A stretch of 64,000 nucleotides of DNA from an uncultured bacterium (lineage in GTDB: Bacteria > Acidobacteriota > Aminicenantia > Aminicenantales > CALLJL01), in assembly GCA_938092135.1 (NCBI GenBank), contig CALLJL010000015.1, positions 1,522 through 65,521 of the forward strand, read 5' to 3'. The translations under genes and the position numbers were made by a program. The notes under the pieces are model-generated. The model was not told where the DNA came from. It did no database searches and saw nothing but the letters and a program-made list of their open reading frames with translations. Below are positions 37,372 to 46,455 of this stretch, piece after piece. Within the stretch, counting starts at the first letter, position 1. Each line of letters opens with the position of its first letter.

Positions 37372-39996
37372 TTGCAGATTGTATTTTTTGGGTTAAAAAA
37401 AACCAAGATTTTTTGCCTTTTTCTTCTTGTTAATATCCTCTACCCTGGAATTCTTTTTCCCTTTCCCTCTGACGGTTATGAAAGCTTACTAAGGTCTTTC
37501 CAGGAAGCAGTGGAAAAAATTGATTTTCCCTTTTACCAGGAACTATTTTTGCCGGAAATAAGTGAATTTGAAAGAAAGGCCTTCGAGAGTTATTTTTCTG
37601 AACTTCTAATGGATCAGGTCGTCATTTATCGTCTGCCAGGAATGAAGGAGTCTCAAGATAAGAAAATTATATATTACCATGTATATTTTCAAAATTCTTA
37701 TTCAGCCCTGATCGAAACCTGGCGGATATCTTTAGTCGCAATTAATGGAACCTGGAAGATTGCTTCCCGGGAAGTTTCCACCAGGTTAAAAAATTTATAT
37801 CGGTTAAAAATTCCAGCTTCAGAAGTGGCTCGGGCCGAAAGGGTGATTATCCGCCATCAAGATATTAGCCTTACCTTTCATAATGCCCTGGTCTTTTTCG
37901 ACAATCTGCCCGAGATTGAAACGGCTTTGTTGATAATTGGCCAAGGTCGGGTTTATTTTGACCCCAGTGATCCCAATGAAAAACATCAACTTAAATTAAT
38001 TTATAAGAATGAGATTTTAACCGCTGAACTTGATCAAGCCTATCTTCGCTTTTCTCCCTCCTTTTTTACTCGCCATATTGAAATAAAAGGAGCCATTCCC
38101 TTAACAACTCTTAATCAAAGAGAGAGTGAGCAAGCCTCAAAGATATTTGCCCTCTATAATGAGCGCTTTTTCACTCTAGAAAATTCTTTAACTAGGGAAA
38201 TGCTGACAGTTCTACCCCAGAGCGAGGAAGCTGTTTTTGAATTCAAAGGGCCAAAAATTGGCAATCTAACTTATATTTACTCTCCTTTTTCTGAAGATGA
38301 AATAACTCTCTTTGACCTTGATCGTGATCGCTTTATCTGTTTATATTCGCCAAAAACACCGGATTCAGCTCGCCTTCTCCGTTTATCGATGGTTGAGACG
38401 GTCGATATTGCCCATTATGACCTTGAGGTTGAAGTTGACCCGCGCAATTTTTATCTTTCAGCCAGAGCCAAAGTCAAGCTGGTCCCCAAAGGCCAGGTAA
38501 TAGAAAGCCTTCGTTTTCGTTTAAATCCGAAATTAAATTTAATTCGAATTTTAGACAGTGAAGGTCATGAGCTTATGTTTAATCAGGATCGGGCTAGCCG
38601 CATGATCTATATTCCCCTTGTGGAGCCAATATCTCAGGAGTCCCTGGCTCTTGAATTTTTTTACCAGGGCCGATTGGTTCCCCCACCTTCCCATACTGAT
38701 GTCGTCAGCGGCCAGATTGAAGATGTGCCCATTAATGTTCCCATTAAATTTGAATCCTGGCTCTATAGCTATTCTTCTCTCTGGTATCCTATACCACCCA
38801 GTGATGATTATTATACAGCCAGGGTTAAATTAATTGCTCCGGAGGATATGACCTGCCTCGGTCAAGGAGTGTTGATTGAGTCCGGCCGCCTTTCTGGACG
38901 CAGAGCCGAAAAGGGTTTAGAAAGAAAAGAAAGGGCTTTCTGGGTCTATGAGAGTAAAAAGCCACTTAAATATCTCTCTTTTATTGTAGGCAATTTGGAA
39001 CGTATTCAGGAATTAAAACTTGAAACAGGGCTTTCCCTAGAGCTATATGCTTCCCGAGAATTCAGGCTTAACTGGAAAGGACAGCTTGAGGAAGCAGCCT
39101 CGATAATCTCCTTCTATGAGCGACTTTTTGGTCCTTTCCCTTATGAAAAAATGAGAGTTGTTCTTCGATTTTGGGACGTCAGTGGAGGTCATAGTCCTGG
39201 TTCTATGGTGATTATTAACCAGCTTCCTCGGGCCCTGAGACCTCAAGCCCAAATTATCTCCAAACCGGCCAGTCCTGTTGATTTAACTCGCTTCAGCGAA
39301 TATTTCTTAGCCCATGAAATTGCCCATCAGTGGTGGGGGCAGGCTGTAACTTGGCGGCGTTATCGGGATCAATGGCTAAGTGAGGGGCTCGCCCAATTTT
39401 CAACGATTTTATATATAAAAGAAAAGTATGGTCTTAGAGCTTATCTTGAAATCTTGAATCAGTTTAATCGATGGACTCGCCGGAAAACTTTTTGGGGTCC
39501 AATCATTATGGGTTCCCGTTTAAGCTATCTTGATTTTGAAGCCTTCCAAACTATTATTTATAACAAAAGTTCACTAGCCCTTAATCTTCTTTCTCATCTT
39601 TTGGGGGAGGAAGTTTTCTTAAAAGGGATGAAGGAATTTGCTCAGAATTTCCGTTATCAGGCAGCCTCGACTGCTGATTTTTTCAGGACGATGGAAAAAG
39701 TTTCTTCCCTGGATTTGAAGCTCTTTAGGGCAAGCTGGTTTGAAAGGCATTCTTTGCCTCAACTAAAGATTGAAACAGCATCTGAAACAAAGGCCAAAAA
39801 TTTAATTTTTAAAGTCAAGATTGAGCAAATAGGTGAGAATTTCTTTTTTCCTTTATGGTTTGAATGGAAAGAGGGGTCAGAAATCAGAAGAGAAAAAGTT
39901 ATTATTAAGGATAAGATTCAGGAATTTAATTTTTCCGTTAATAATAAGCCCAGAAACTTTAAAATCAATCCTGACGGATCAGTTCCCTTGTTTTAA
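37372..39996 (+). CDS. Membrane-anchored M1-family (gluzincin) metallopeptidase-like protein with long N-terminal extension
   Basis: 874 aa. TTG start preceded by GAGGTG. N-terminal TM segment. HEIAHQWWG (nt 39313-39339) plus E 19 residues after the second His (WLSEGLAQF) gives the M1 HExxH-X18-E signature. The position where GAMEN is expected reads PGSMVI. Confidence 0.75.
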   Translation: MQIVFFGLKKTKIFCLFLLVNILYPGILFPFPSDGYESLLRSFQEAVEKIDFPFYQELFLPEISEFERKAFESYFSELLMDQVVIYRLPGMKESQDKKIIYYHVYFQNSYSALIETWRISLVAINGTWKIASREVSTRLKNLYRLKIPASEVARAERVIIRHQDISLTFHNALVFFDNLPEIETALLIIGQGRVYFDPSDPNEKHQLKLIYKNEILTAELDQAYLRFSPSFFTRHIEIKGAIPLTTLNQRESEQASKIFALYNERFFTLENSLTREMLTVLPQSEEAVFEFKGPKIGNLTYIYSPFSEDEITLFDLDRDRFICLYSPKTPDSARLLRLSMVETVDIAHYDLEVEVDPRNFYLSARAKVKLVPKGQVIESLRFRLNPKLNLIRILDSEGHELMFNQDRASRMIYIPLVEPISQESLALEFFYQGRLVPPPSHTDVVSGQIEDVPINVPIKFESWLYSYSSLWYPIPPSDDYYTARVKLIAPEDMTCLGQGVLIESGRLSGRRAEKGLERKERAFWVYESKKPLKYLSFIVGNLERIQELKLETGLSLELYASREFRLNWKGQLEEAASIISFYERLFGPFPYEKMRVVLRFWDVSGGHSPGSMVIINQLPRALRPQAQIISKPASPVDLTRFSEYFLAHEIAHQWWGQAVTWRRYRDQWLSEGLAQFSTILYIKEKYGLRAYLEILNQFNRWTRRKTFWGPIIMGSRLSYLDFEAFQTIIYNKSSLALNLLSHLLGEEVFLKGMKEFAQNFRYQAASTADFFRTMEKVSSLDLKLFRASWFERHSLPQLKIETASETKAKNLIFKVKIEQIGENFFFPLWFEWKEGSEIRREKVIIKDKIQEFNFSVNNKPRNFKINPDGSVPLF

Positions 39997-41402
39997 ATCG
40001 AAGATATTTTTTTATCAAACCTGTGGGCCTCAATGCCTAATCTTTTAATCATTTCATTTAACGTGCTCGGCTTGAGGCCAAGGGCTTCAGCCGCTTTTTT
40101 TTGAATTCCCTTGGCCTGGCGTAAGGCCATAATAATAAGGCGCTTCTGGAATTCCTGAGTCTGTCGTTTTAAATTAAGGTCTTCATTTATAAAGATTGTA
40201 TCATTTGCAACGGCTTGCCGGGGATAACCAAGAAGATAGGAAGGGAGGGCATTGCGGGTGATGATTTTTGATTTGGTAAGAACGACGGCTCGCTCAATAA
40301 CATTTTCGAGTTCCCGAACATTGCCCGGCCAATCATAATTTTCTAAAATTTCTAGAACGTCTTCGGAAACTCCTTCAATCTCCTTATTGTTTTCTCGGCT
40401 GTATTTTTCAACAAAATGGCGAACCAGCAAAGGAATATCTTCCTTTCTTTTTCTTAGAGGAGGCAACTCTATTTTAATGACATTTAATCGGTAAAAAAGG
40501 TCTTTACGAAAAACCTTTTGAGCAATTAATTCTTCTAAATCAGTATTAGTGGCCGCAATGATTCTTACATCTACTTTTATAGTTTTTGTTCCGCCAAGAC
40601 GCATGAATTCTTTGTCCTGCATAACGCGAAGCAGTTTAGCTTGAGTTTCAAGGCTTATAGTTGATATTTCATCAAAGAAGATTGTTCCTTTATCGGCGGC
40701 TTCAAATAAGCCAGGTTTATGACTGATTGCCCCCGTAAAGGCCCCTTTGACATGTCCGAAGAGATGGCTTTCGAGCAGATCAGGAGGTAATGAACCGCTA
40801 TTAACGACGACAAAGGGATATTTTGCCCGATCACTCTGCTGATGAATTGCTCGAGCCACAAGTTCTTTACCTGTGCCACTTTCCCCTTGAATTAAAATAG
40901 TGCTCCTTGTTGGAGCGGTAATTTTGATCATTTCAAAAATATTCTGCATCACCTTGCTGCGGCCGATTATATTGGCAAAACCAAACTTACGGTCAAGTTC
41001 ATCCCGCAATCGGATATTTTCTTCCTGAAGGTGCTTGTGCTCAAGGGCCCGGCGAATTACCAATATAAGTTCATCATGTTTAAAGGGTTTCTGAATGTAA
41101 TCGAAAGCTCCTAGTTTCATAGCGGCAATGGCGCTTTCAACTGAAGCATAGGCCGTAATAATAATAATCAGGGCTTGGGGATCTATTTTTTTTATGGCCT
41201 TAAGAACTTCAATGCCATCAAGACCTGGCATCAGCAAATCGAGGAGGATTAGGTCAAAGGATTGAGTGGCGTGTTTTTCTAAGGCCTCTTCTCCTGAAGA
41301 GGAGATCTCGACTTCATAACCCTCTGAAGTCAAAAGTTGCGAAAGGACATCTTGGATAACTGGCTCATCGTCAATTATATGTATCGAACCTTTAGGGGAC
41401 AT
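39993..41402 (-). CDS. Sigma-54-dependent response regulator (NtrC/AtoC type: REC + AAA+ + Fis HTH)
   Basis: 469 aa. Receiver domain with LILLDLLMPGLDG. GESGTGKE, the exact GAFTGA motif, ESHLFGH, and C-terminal HTH KKAAEALGLKPSTLNEMIKRLGI. Confidence 0.92.
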   Translation of the reverse strand: MSPKGSIHIIDDEPVIQDVLSQLLTSEGYEVEISSSGEEALEKHATQSFDLILLDLLMPGLDGIEVLKAIKKIDPQALIIIITAYASVESAIAAMKLGAFDYIQKPFKHDELILVIRRALEHKHLQEENIRLRDELDRKFGFANIIGRSKVMQNIFEMIKITAPTRSTILIQGESGTGKELVARAIHQQSDRAKYPFVVVNSGSLPPDLLESHLFGHVKGAFTGAISHKPGLFEAADKGTIFFDEISTISLETQAKLLRVMQDKEFMRLGGTKTIKVDVRIIAATNTDLEELIAQKVFRKDLFYRLNVIKIELPPLRKRKEDIPLLVRHFVEKYSRENNKEIEGVSEDVLEILENYDWPGNVRELENVIERAVVLTKSKIITRNALPSYLLGYPRQAVANDTIFINEDLNLKRQTQEFQKRLIIMALRQAKGIQKKAAEALGLKPSTLNEMIKRLGIEAHRFDKKISSI

Positions 41403-41404
41403 GG

Positions 41405-44260
41405 TTAATTTATAGATTTAGAAGGCGTAATTGAATTATCTGTCTTAGATTTTGGTTTAAAAGGAAGATAAATGTAAAAGGTAGTACCTTCTCCCACCTC
41501 ACTTTCAACTTCGATCCGTCCATTATGATCTTTTATTATAGCATAACTAATAGACAAACCGAGCCCGGTTCCTTTTCCAAGTCCCTTGGTGGTGAAAAAG
41601 GGGTCGAAAATTCTGGGCAGATGTTCCTTTTTTATCCCTGTGCCTGTATCGGCAATACTGATTACTGCCTCCTGGTTTTTCTGAAAAAGATCTATTTTTA
41701 GTTTTCCGCCCTTGGGCATAGCGTCTAAGGCATTAAGGATTATATTGATAAAAACCTGCTGGAGCCGCTCGGCCTGCCCCATAACCGGTTTGACGTCTTG
41801 AAGATTGAGTTCAAGCTTAATATTCATCGTTTTTAGTTTATATTCGATAAGAGAAATAATTTCGAGAAGGCTCTCCTTGAGATTAACCGGTCGGAAGGAA
41901 GTATCTGAGGGATGCCGAGCGAAATTAAGCAGATTTTTAACTATTCTGGCGACTCTTTCAGTTTGAGCCTCAATTTTTTCCAAAATCTGAATGTAATGGG
42001 AATCGGTGAGCTTTTTCTGAAGGAGTTGGACATAGCTTGATATTCCAGTTAAAGGAGTATTGATTTCATGGGCCACACCGGCTGAAAGTAACCCTATGGA
42101 AGCCAGCTTTTCGGAAGTAAGAAGCTGCTGCTGCAGCCGGACCTTTTCGGTAACATCCTCAAAAACAATTATAGTTCCATAGGGATTTAATTTATTGTCG
42201 AGGAGGGGAGTACGGGCAATATCAAAAATTCTTTCTTCTTTATCTGGTAAAATTATGGTTATTTCACTTAAAAGATGATAACCTTCTTGGGTTTTAGGAG
42301 GAAAAAGAGCCTGAGCATTTTTTTCCCCTATGACCTCTTCAAGGGTTTTATTTAAAACCTCCTGCTTGCTCTTTTTGAAGATTTTTTCCAAAATGCGATT
42401 CCAGCCGATTATCTTGCCCTTTTCATCAATTACCGCTACCCCTACGGTCAAACTTTCAATGATGTTTTCACTATAATCCTTTAATTTCTCGAGCTCTTCA
42501 GCTCGAAGAGCAATCTGGTGATAAAGAGAGGCATTTTCAATAGCAAGGGCAACTGAGGGCGAAATGGCGGTTAGAAGTTCCCAGTCTTCCCCACTTAGAA
42601 AGGAACCATCAATTTTTTTCCCCATCCCTATAAAGCCCACAAGATTTTCTTCTACTTTCAAAGGCAAAAAATGATAAAAGCCAAGTTGGGAAAGATATTG
42701 CCCAATAAAACCTTTTGTTTTAGCTTCGGGAAAAGGAATGAAACTGAGGAAATCCCTTTTAAGGAGGCTTTGGATAAATGAGGATTCCATCTCAACTATT
42801 TGTTCTTCCGGTGAAGGTTGATTGCTGGAGGTAAACATTAAATATTGCCAGCTGCCGCTTTCCTTAGGAACGAAAAGAGCAATTTTTTCCAGGGAAAAAG
42901 CTTTGGTTATTAGATCAAGCAGGGAATGGGCCAGGCGCTTGAGATTCCTTTCGCGAGCCAGCTCCCGGCTTATAGTTAGGAGAGTGCGTCTGTATTTATA
43001 GCTTCTTCGGTAGAAAACGCGGTCAAAAAGAGCCTGGAAAAGTTTTTTCAGAGGGGAAAAAAGACTAGCCCCAAGAATGATGGCCAGAATTCCGAGAATA
43101 AAGGTATTCAATCTTTGGCCGGCAAAAACTTTCATTCTTTCGCCTAAAAGAAAGTAAAGGCCAACGATAATAAAATAAGAAAGAAGAAGGGCCGCCCCTT
43201 TTTTGACCATAACTTCAAAATCCATGGCTCTTGATCGGACAAGAGCGTAAAGGAAGGTCATAGGAATTAGAGCCATTAAAACAATGGTGAGCTCAGCAAA
43301 AGTAGAAGGTAAACGGTCAAAAAGAAAGGGAAGGAAATAGAAAAGGATAAAGGGACTAACAGCAAGATAAAGACCATTGGACATCCAGCGCAATTGTCTT
43401 CTTAAAAGGGGGTTATCGAGTTTTTTTGAGACTCGAAAAAGCCAGTAGGGCGTTAGGAGGGAGAAAAAGATAAACTGAAGAATCTCCGTCTTATCGAGAA
43501 AATAATTTATAGATAATAATGTGTTTAAGGACAGGGATTCGCTTAAAGGAAGATGCGTGACGGCCCGGGCTAAAAGGAGGATAAAGGCAACTAAATAAAA
43601 CAGGAGAGGCAAAAAGGGTTTTTGTTTAATCAATTTCTGCCGCATTGGAAAAAGGAGAAAGAAATGAAGGAAAAGAGGAGGGAAAAAAATGAAAGCAGCC
43701 TTATCAAGCCAGTAAAAGAGATAATCAAGAAAATCCAGCTTGCCAGTTGGCGAGAAAACAAGGAAACTAAACAGCGAGACGGCAAGAAGAAAAAAATAGA
43801 AATATGGCCAGGTAAGCCGTCTGGAAAAATTAAGAAATATTATTATTGAGACAACAAAAGTTAGTAAGCCAATTAAGACTAAAGCATAATAAATAGGATT
43901 AGGGCCTTTTAGCTGGGGAAAAAAGGATGGGAAAAGAGGACTTGGTTCTCCCTCCCTAATAATTTGATAAGTTAATTTCTGCCCCGATTGGGCTGCTAGC
44001 CATATACTCCGGGTAACCTCGACAATATTCTCAACGGGGTTGCGATTAATTGAATAAAGAATATCTCCTTTCTTTATTCCTGCCAGATCGGCGGGACTGT
44101 TGGGATCAACTTTGATCGCTTTTAATCTGCCTTCCTTACGTTGCCAGGTAACACCATCATTGGGGTTTTTCCAGGTGACATTGTGGTAAAAATTGATAAT
44201 TCCTAGGATAAAGATAAAGGAAAAAGGGATCAGGATAAAAGAGACGTGAATCCTTTTCAT
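41405..44260 (-). CDS. Multidomain sensor histidine kinase: N-terminal PDZ, polytopic membrane region, GAF, PAS, HisKA, HATPase_c
   Basis: 951 aa. PDZ-like VDPNSPADLAGIKKGDILYSINRNPVENI, followed by ~8-10 hydrophobic helices. GAF-like and PAS-like (ESLTVGVAVIDEKGKIIGWN) regions. H-box GVAHEINTPL. N/G boxes NALDAMP.GG, DTGTGI and GTGLGLSISY. Confidence 0.88.
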   Translation of the reverse strand: MKRIHVSFILIPFSFIFILGIINFYHNVTWKNPNDGVTWQRKEGRLKAIKVDPNSPADLAGIKKGDILYSINRNPVENIVEVTRSIWLAAQSGQKLTYQIIREGEPSPLFPSFFPQLKGPNPIYYALVLIGLLTFVVSIIIFLNFSRRLTWPYFYFFLLAVSLFSFLVFSPTGKLDFLDYLFYWLDKAAFIFFPPLFLHFFLLFPMRQKLIKQKPFLPLLFYLVAFILLLARAVTHLPLSESLSLNTLLSINYFLDKTEILQFIFFSLLTPYWLFRVSKKLDNPLLRRQLRWMSNGLYLAVSPFILFYFLPFLFDRLPSTFAELTIVLMALIPMTFLYALVRSRAMDFEVMVKKGAALLLSYFIIVGLYFLLGERMKVFAGQRLNTFILGILAIILGASLFSPLKKLFQALFDRVFYRRSYKYRRTLLTISRELARERNLKRLAHSLLDLITKAFSLEKIALFVPKESGSWQYLMFTSSNQPSPEEQIVEMESSFIQSLLKRDFLSFIPFPEAKTKGFIGQYLSQLGFYHFLPLKVEENLVGFIGMGKKIDGSFLSGEDWELLTAISPSVALAIENASLYHQIALRAEELEKLKDYSENIIESLTVGVAVIDEKGKIIGWNRILEKIFKKSKQEVLNKTLEEVIGEKNAQALFPPKTQEGYHLLSEITIILPDKEERIFDIARTPLLDNKLNPYGTIIVFEDVTEKVRLQQQLLTSEKLASIGLLSAGVAHEINTPLTGISSYVQLLQKKLTDSHYIQILEKIEAQTERVARIVKNLLNFARHPSDTSFRPVNLKESLLEIISLIEYKLKTMNIKLELNLQDVKPVMGQAERLQQVFINIILNALDAMPKGGKLKIDLFQKNQEAVISIADTGTGIKKEHLPRIFDPFFTTKGLGKGTGLGLSISYAIIKDHNGRIEVESEVGEGTTFYIYLPFKPKSKTDNSITPSKSIN

Positions 44261-44313
44261 TAGGCTCTTTTTTTATTAATGACTAGGCCCATTTCTGTCA
44301 TCAAGAAAAGATT

Positions 44314-44613
44314 TCAATTAAGAATATGCTTTGAACTGGCTCTGATTACCCATTTAGCTGGGGCTTGATATAAAAGCTGACGTATTTTTTGATCTTCCTT
44401 TAGACCGAGGGGTTGAGTGCTTCTGGATAAGAAGGAGCTGAAATAATCACTGATCTGCTTTTTGGAAGGATATTCCTGGGAAGAAAGCTTTCCCCGGAGG
44501 TTAATCAGTTGGAAAATAAAAAGACCTAAAATGAGGAGCAATAGAAAACGCAAGGCCTTTTTTTTCATTCTCCCTATTAATTTTAAGATAATCTGCCTAG
44601 GTTCCTTTGTCAA
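44314..44613 (-). CDS. Small single-pass membrane protein, function unknown
   Basis: 99 aa (or 84 aa from the internal MKKKALRFLLLLILGLFIF). Overlaps the stop of the upstream M28 peptidase gene by 4 nt. No recognisable domain. Confidence 0.4.
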   Translation of the reverse strand: MTKEPRQIILKLIGRMKKKALRFLLLLILGLFIFQLINLRGKLSSQEYPSKKQISDYFSSFLSRSTQPLGLKEDQKIRQLLYQAPAKWVIRASSKHILN

Positions 44614-46295
44614 TTCTGTTTCGATTCCCTGGCCGCGGCAAGAGCAGCCTCTCTTATGGCCTTGTAAGGGGTACCTTCATGCCAATTAGGGAAAGAAACT
44701 TCCATACTTAATTTTAAAGCCATATTAAAGAGGAGCCTTAGGTCATCTATGGCCCCAGAGAGGTCCCAGTTCAAATCAAATTCATCAGAAGGCTGGTGAT
44801 ATTTTTCGGCAATATATTTCTCTTTTTGAGCAAGAGTCCAATCTCGGCCGTGAATAACATGATCGACCCCTCCGCTTGGATAGATGGCTGGAATTCCCTT
44901 TTTGGCGAAAGGGAAATGGTCCGAACGAAAATAGGAACCCTTTTCAGGGGTTGGATCTGGATTTACCGTTCTGCCCTGAGCTCGAGCTGCTTCTTCAATG
45001 TATTTGTCAAGTTCAGAAAGTCCATAGCCAATAACCGTTATATCCTTCATTGGACCATATATATTAAGAGCATCCAAATTAATCACGGCCACAGTTTTCT
45101 CAGGAGGGAAGATTGGGTTGGAGGCGTAATATTCTGACCCTAAAAGACCTTGTTCTTCACAGGTAACTGAAAGAAAAACAATGGAGCGCCAAGGTTTTTT
45201 CTTAAGAGAAGTAAAAGCTCGGGCTAATTCAATTAAAGCCGCAGTGCCGGAAGCATTGTCGAGGGCTCCATTGAAAATTTGATCGCCCTCAAGTTCAGGG
45301 TTTTTTCCTAAATGATCCCAATGGGCCATAAAAATTATATATTCATCTGCTCTTTTTGAACCAGGCCAGAGAGCAATGACGTTATGAGAAGTAACCTTCT
45401 CGATTTTATTGTTGAGAATAAGACTGACCTTCAATCCTAAGGGAACAGCTTTAAATTCCCGCTGAAGGGCAGCTTTCTTCAAATCATCGAGGTTGTATCC
45501 TGCTTCAGCCAGAATTTTTTCGGCTACTTCCCTTTGAACCCAACCCTCAATGGCACAGCGCGACATATTATTATCAGCGGATATTAAATGAAATTGGGGG
45601 CCAGTCCAGCCATTTTCAACTACGCTCCAGGGATAGGCCGCCGGTTCAGTCTCATGGATAATTAGGACTCCCGCTGCCCCCTGTCTGGCTGCTTCCTCAT
45701 ATTTATAAGTCCAACGACCATAGTAAGTCATAGCCCGCCCATTGAAAAGCTTGGGGTCTTGGGTGGCAAAGCCTGGATCATTGATTAAAACCAGGACAGT
45801 CTTTCCTTTAACGTCGAGCCCTTCGTAATCGTTCCAGCCATATTCAGGGGCCACGATTCCGTAGCCTGCAAAAACCATTTCTGATTCATCGAGAACTACT
45901 TTTTCTTGAACTCGCCGGGTTAAGGCGACGAAATCACTCCTGTAATTAAAACTTAGTCTTTTTTTCTGGCTCTTTATTTCCAGAGAAGCTGAGGGATCAG
46001 CCGTGATAACTACAAGGGGGATTGGCTGAAGATAACTTTGGCCATTTCCCGGTTTTAGGCCTAGCTTTTTGAATTCTTTCTCGAGAAAGTCAATTGTTTT
46101 TCTTTCGCCTTCAGAAGCTGGAGCTCTGCCTTCAAATTCATCGGAGGCCAGAATTTGAATATTTCTAGCCAAACTTTCAGCTTTAATCATAGCTTCGGCC
46201 CTTTTTATTTGTTCTGGATTATTAAACTGGCTACAGGCCAATAGAAGAAAAAGAGATAGACAGGTCAGAAAAAGCAAAACCATTCTTTTCATCAT
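44610..46295 (-). CDS. Secreted M28-family aminopeptidase with protease-associated (PA) domain
   Basis: 561 aa. Lipoprotein-like signal (LLLACSQ). PA-domain block (GYGIVAPEYGWNDYEGLDVKGKTVLVL). M28 zinc-ligand blocks (AHWDHLG, GALDNASG, EEQGLLGS, D..). Confidence 0.8.
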   Translation of the reverse strand: MMKRMVLLFLTCLSLFLLLACSQFNNPEQIKRAEAMIKAESLARNIQILASDEFEGRAPASEGERKTIDFLEKEFKKLGLKPGNGQSYLQPIPLVVITADPSASLEIKSQKKRLSFNYRSDFVALTRRVQEKVVLDESEMVFAGYGIVAPEYGWNDYEGLDVKGKTVLVLINDPGFATQDPKLFNGRAMTYYGRWTYKYEEAARQGAAGVLIIHETEPAAYPWSVVENGWTGPQFHLISADNNMSRCAIEGWVQREVAEKILAEAGYNLDDLKKAALQREFKAVPLGLKVSLILNNKIEKVTSHNVIALWPGSKRADEYIIFMAHWDHLGKNPELEGDQIFNGALDNASGTAALIELARAFTSLKKKPWRSIVFLSVTCEEQGLLGSEYYASNPIFPPEKTVAVINLDALNIYGPMKDITVIGYGLSELDKYIEEAARAQGRTVNPDPTPEKGSYFRSDHFPFAKKGIPAIYPSGGVDHVIHGRDWTLAQKEKYIAEKYHQPSDEFDLNWDLSGAIDDLRLLFNMALKLSMEVSFPNWHEGTPYKAIREAALAAARESKQN

Positions 46296-46372
46296 TCCTC
46301 TCCTTCAAACAATGTTTTTCAGATTAATCATTATAATTAACCCAGGTCAAAAAAGGGAATTTTTTCCCCTAT

Positions 46373-46401
46373 TTGACAATAAGTCAAGCTTAAAATAAGA
46401 T
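46373..46401 (+). promoter_or_regulatory. Putative sigma-70 promoter of the pilus/secretion-type operon
   Basis: TTGACA (46373-78), 17 nt spacer, TAAGAT (46396-401). About 55 nt upstream of the ATG at 46456. Confidence 0.5.
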
Positions 46402-46455
46402 AAAAATAACCTTGACTTCAATCAGAGCAGACAGAAGCAAGGTGTTGAAAAAAGA

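Noticed and set aside
39993-39996. Overlapping convergent stop codons (TTAA core) of the M1-like peptidase and the response regulator genes.
   Set aside because: Real, but a trivial consequence of tight packing. No hairpin or other signal is associated with it.
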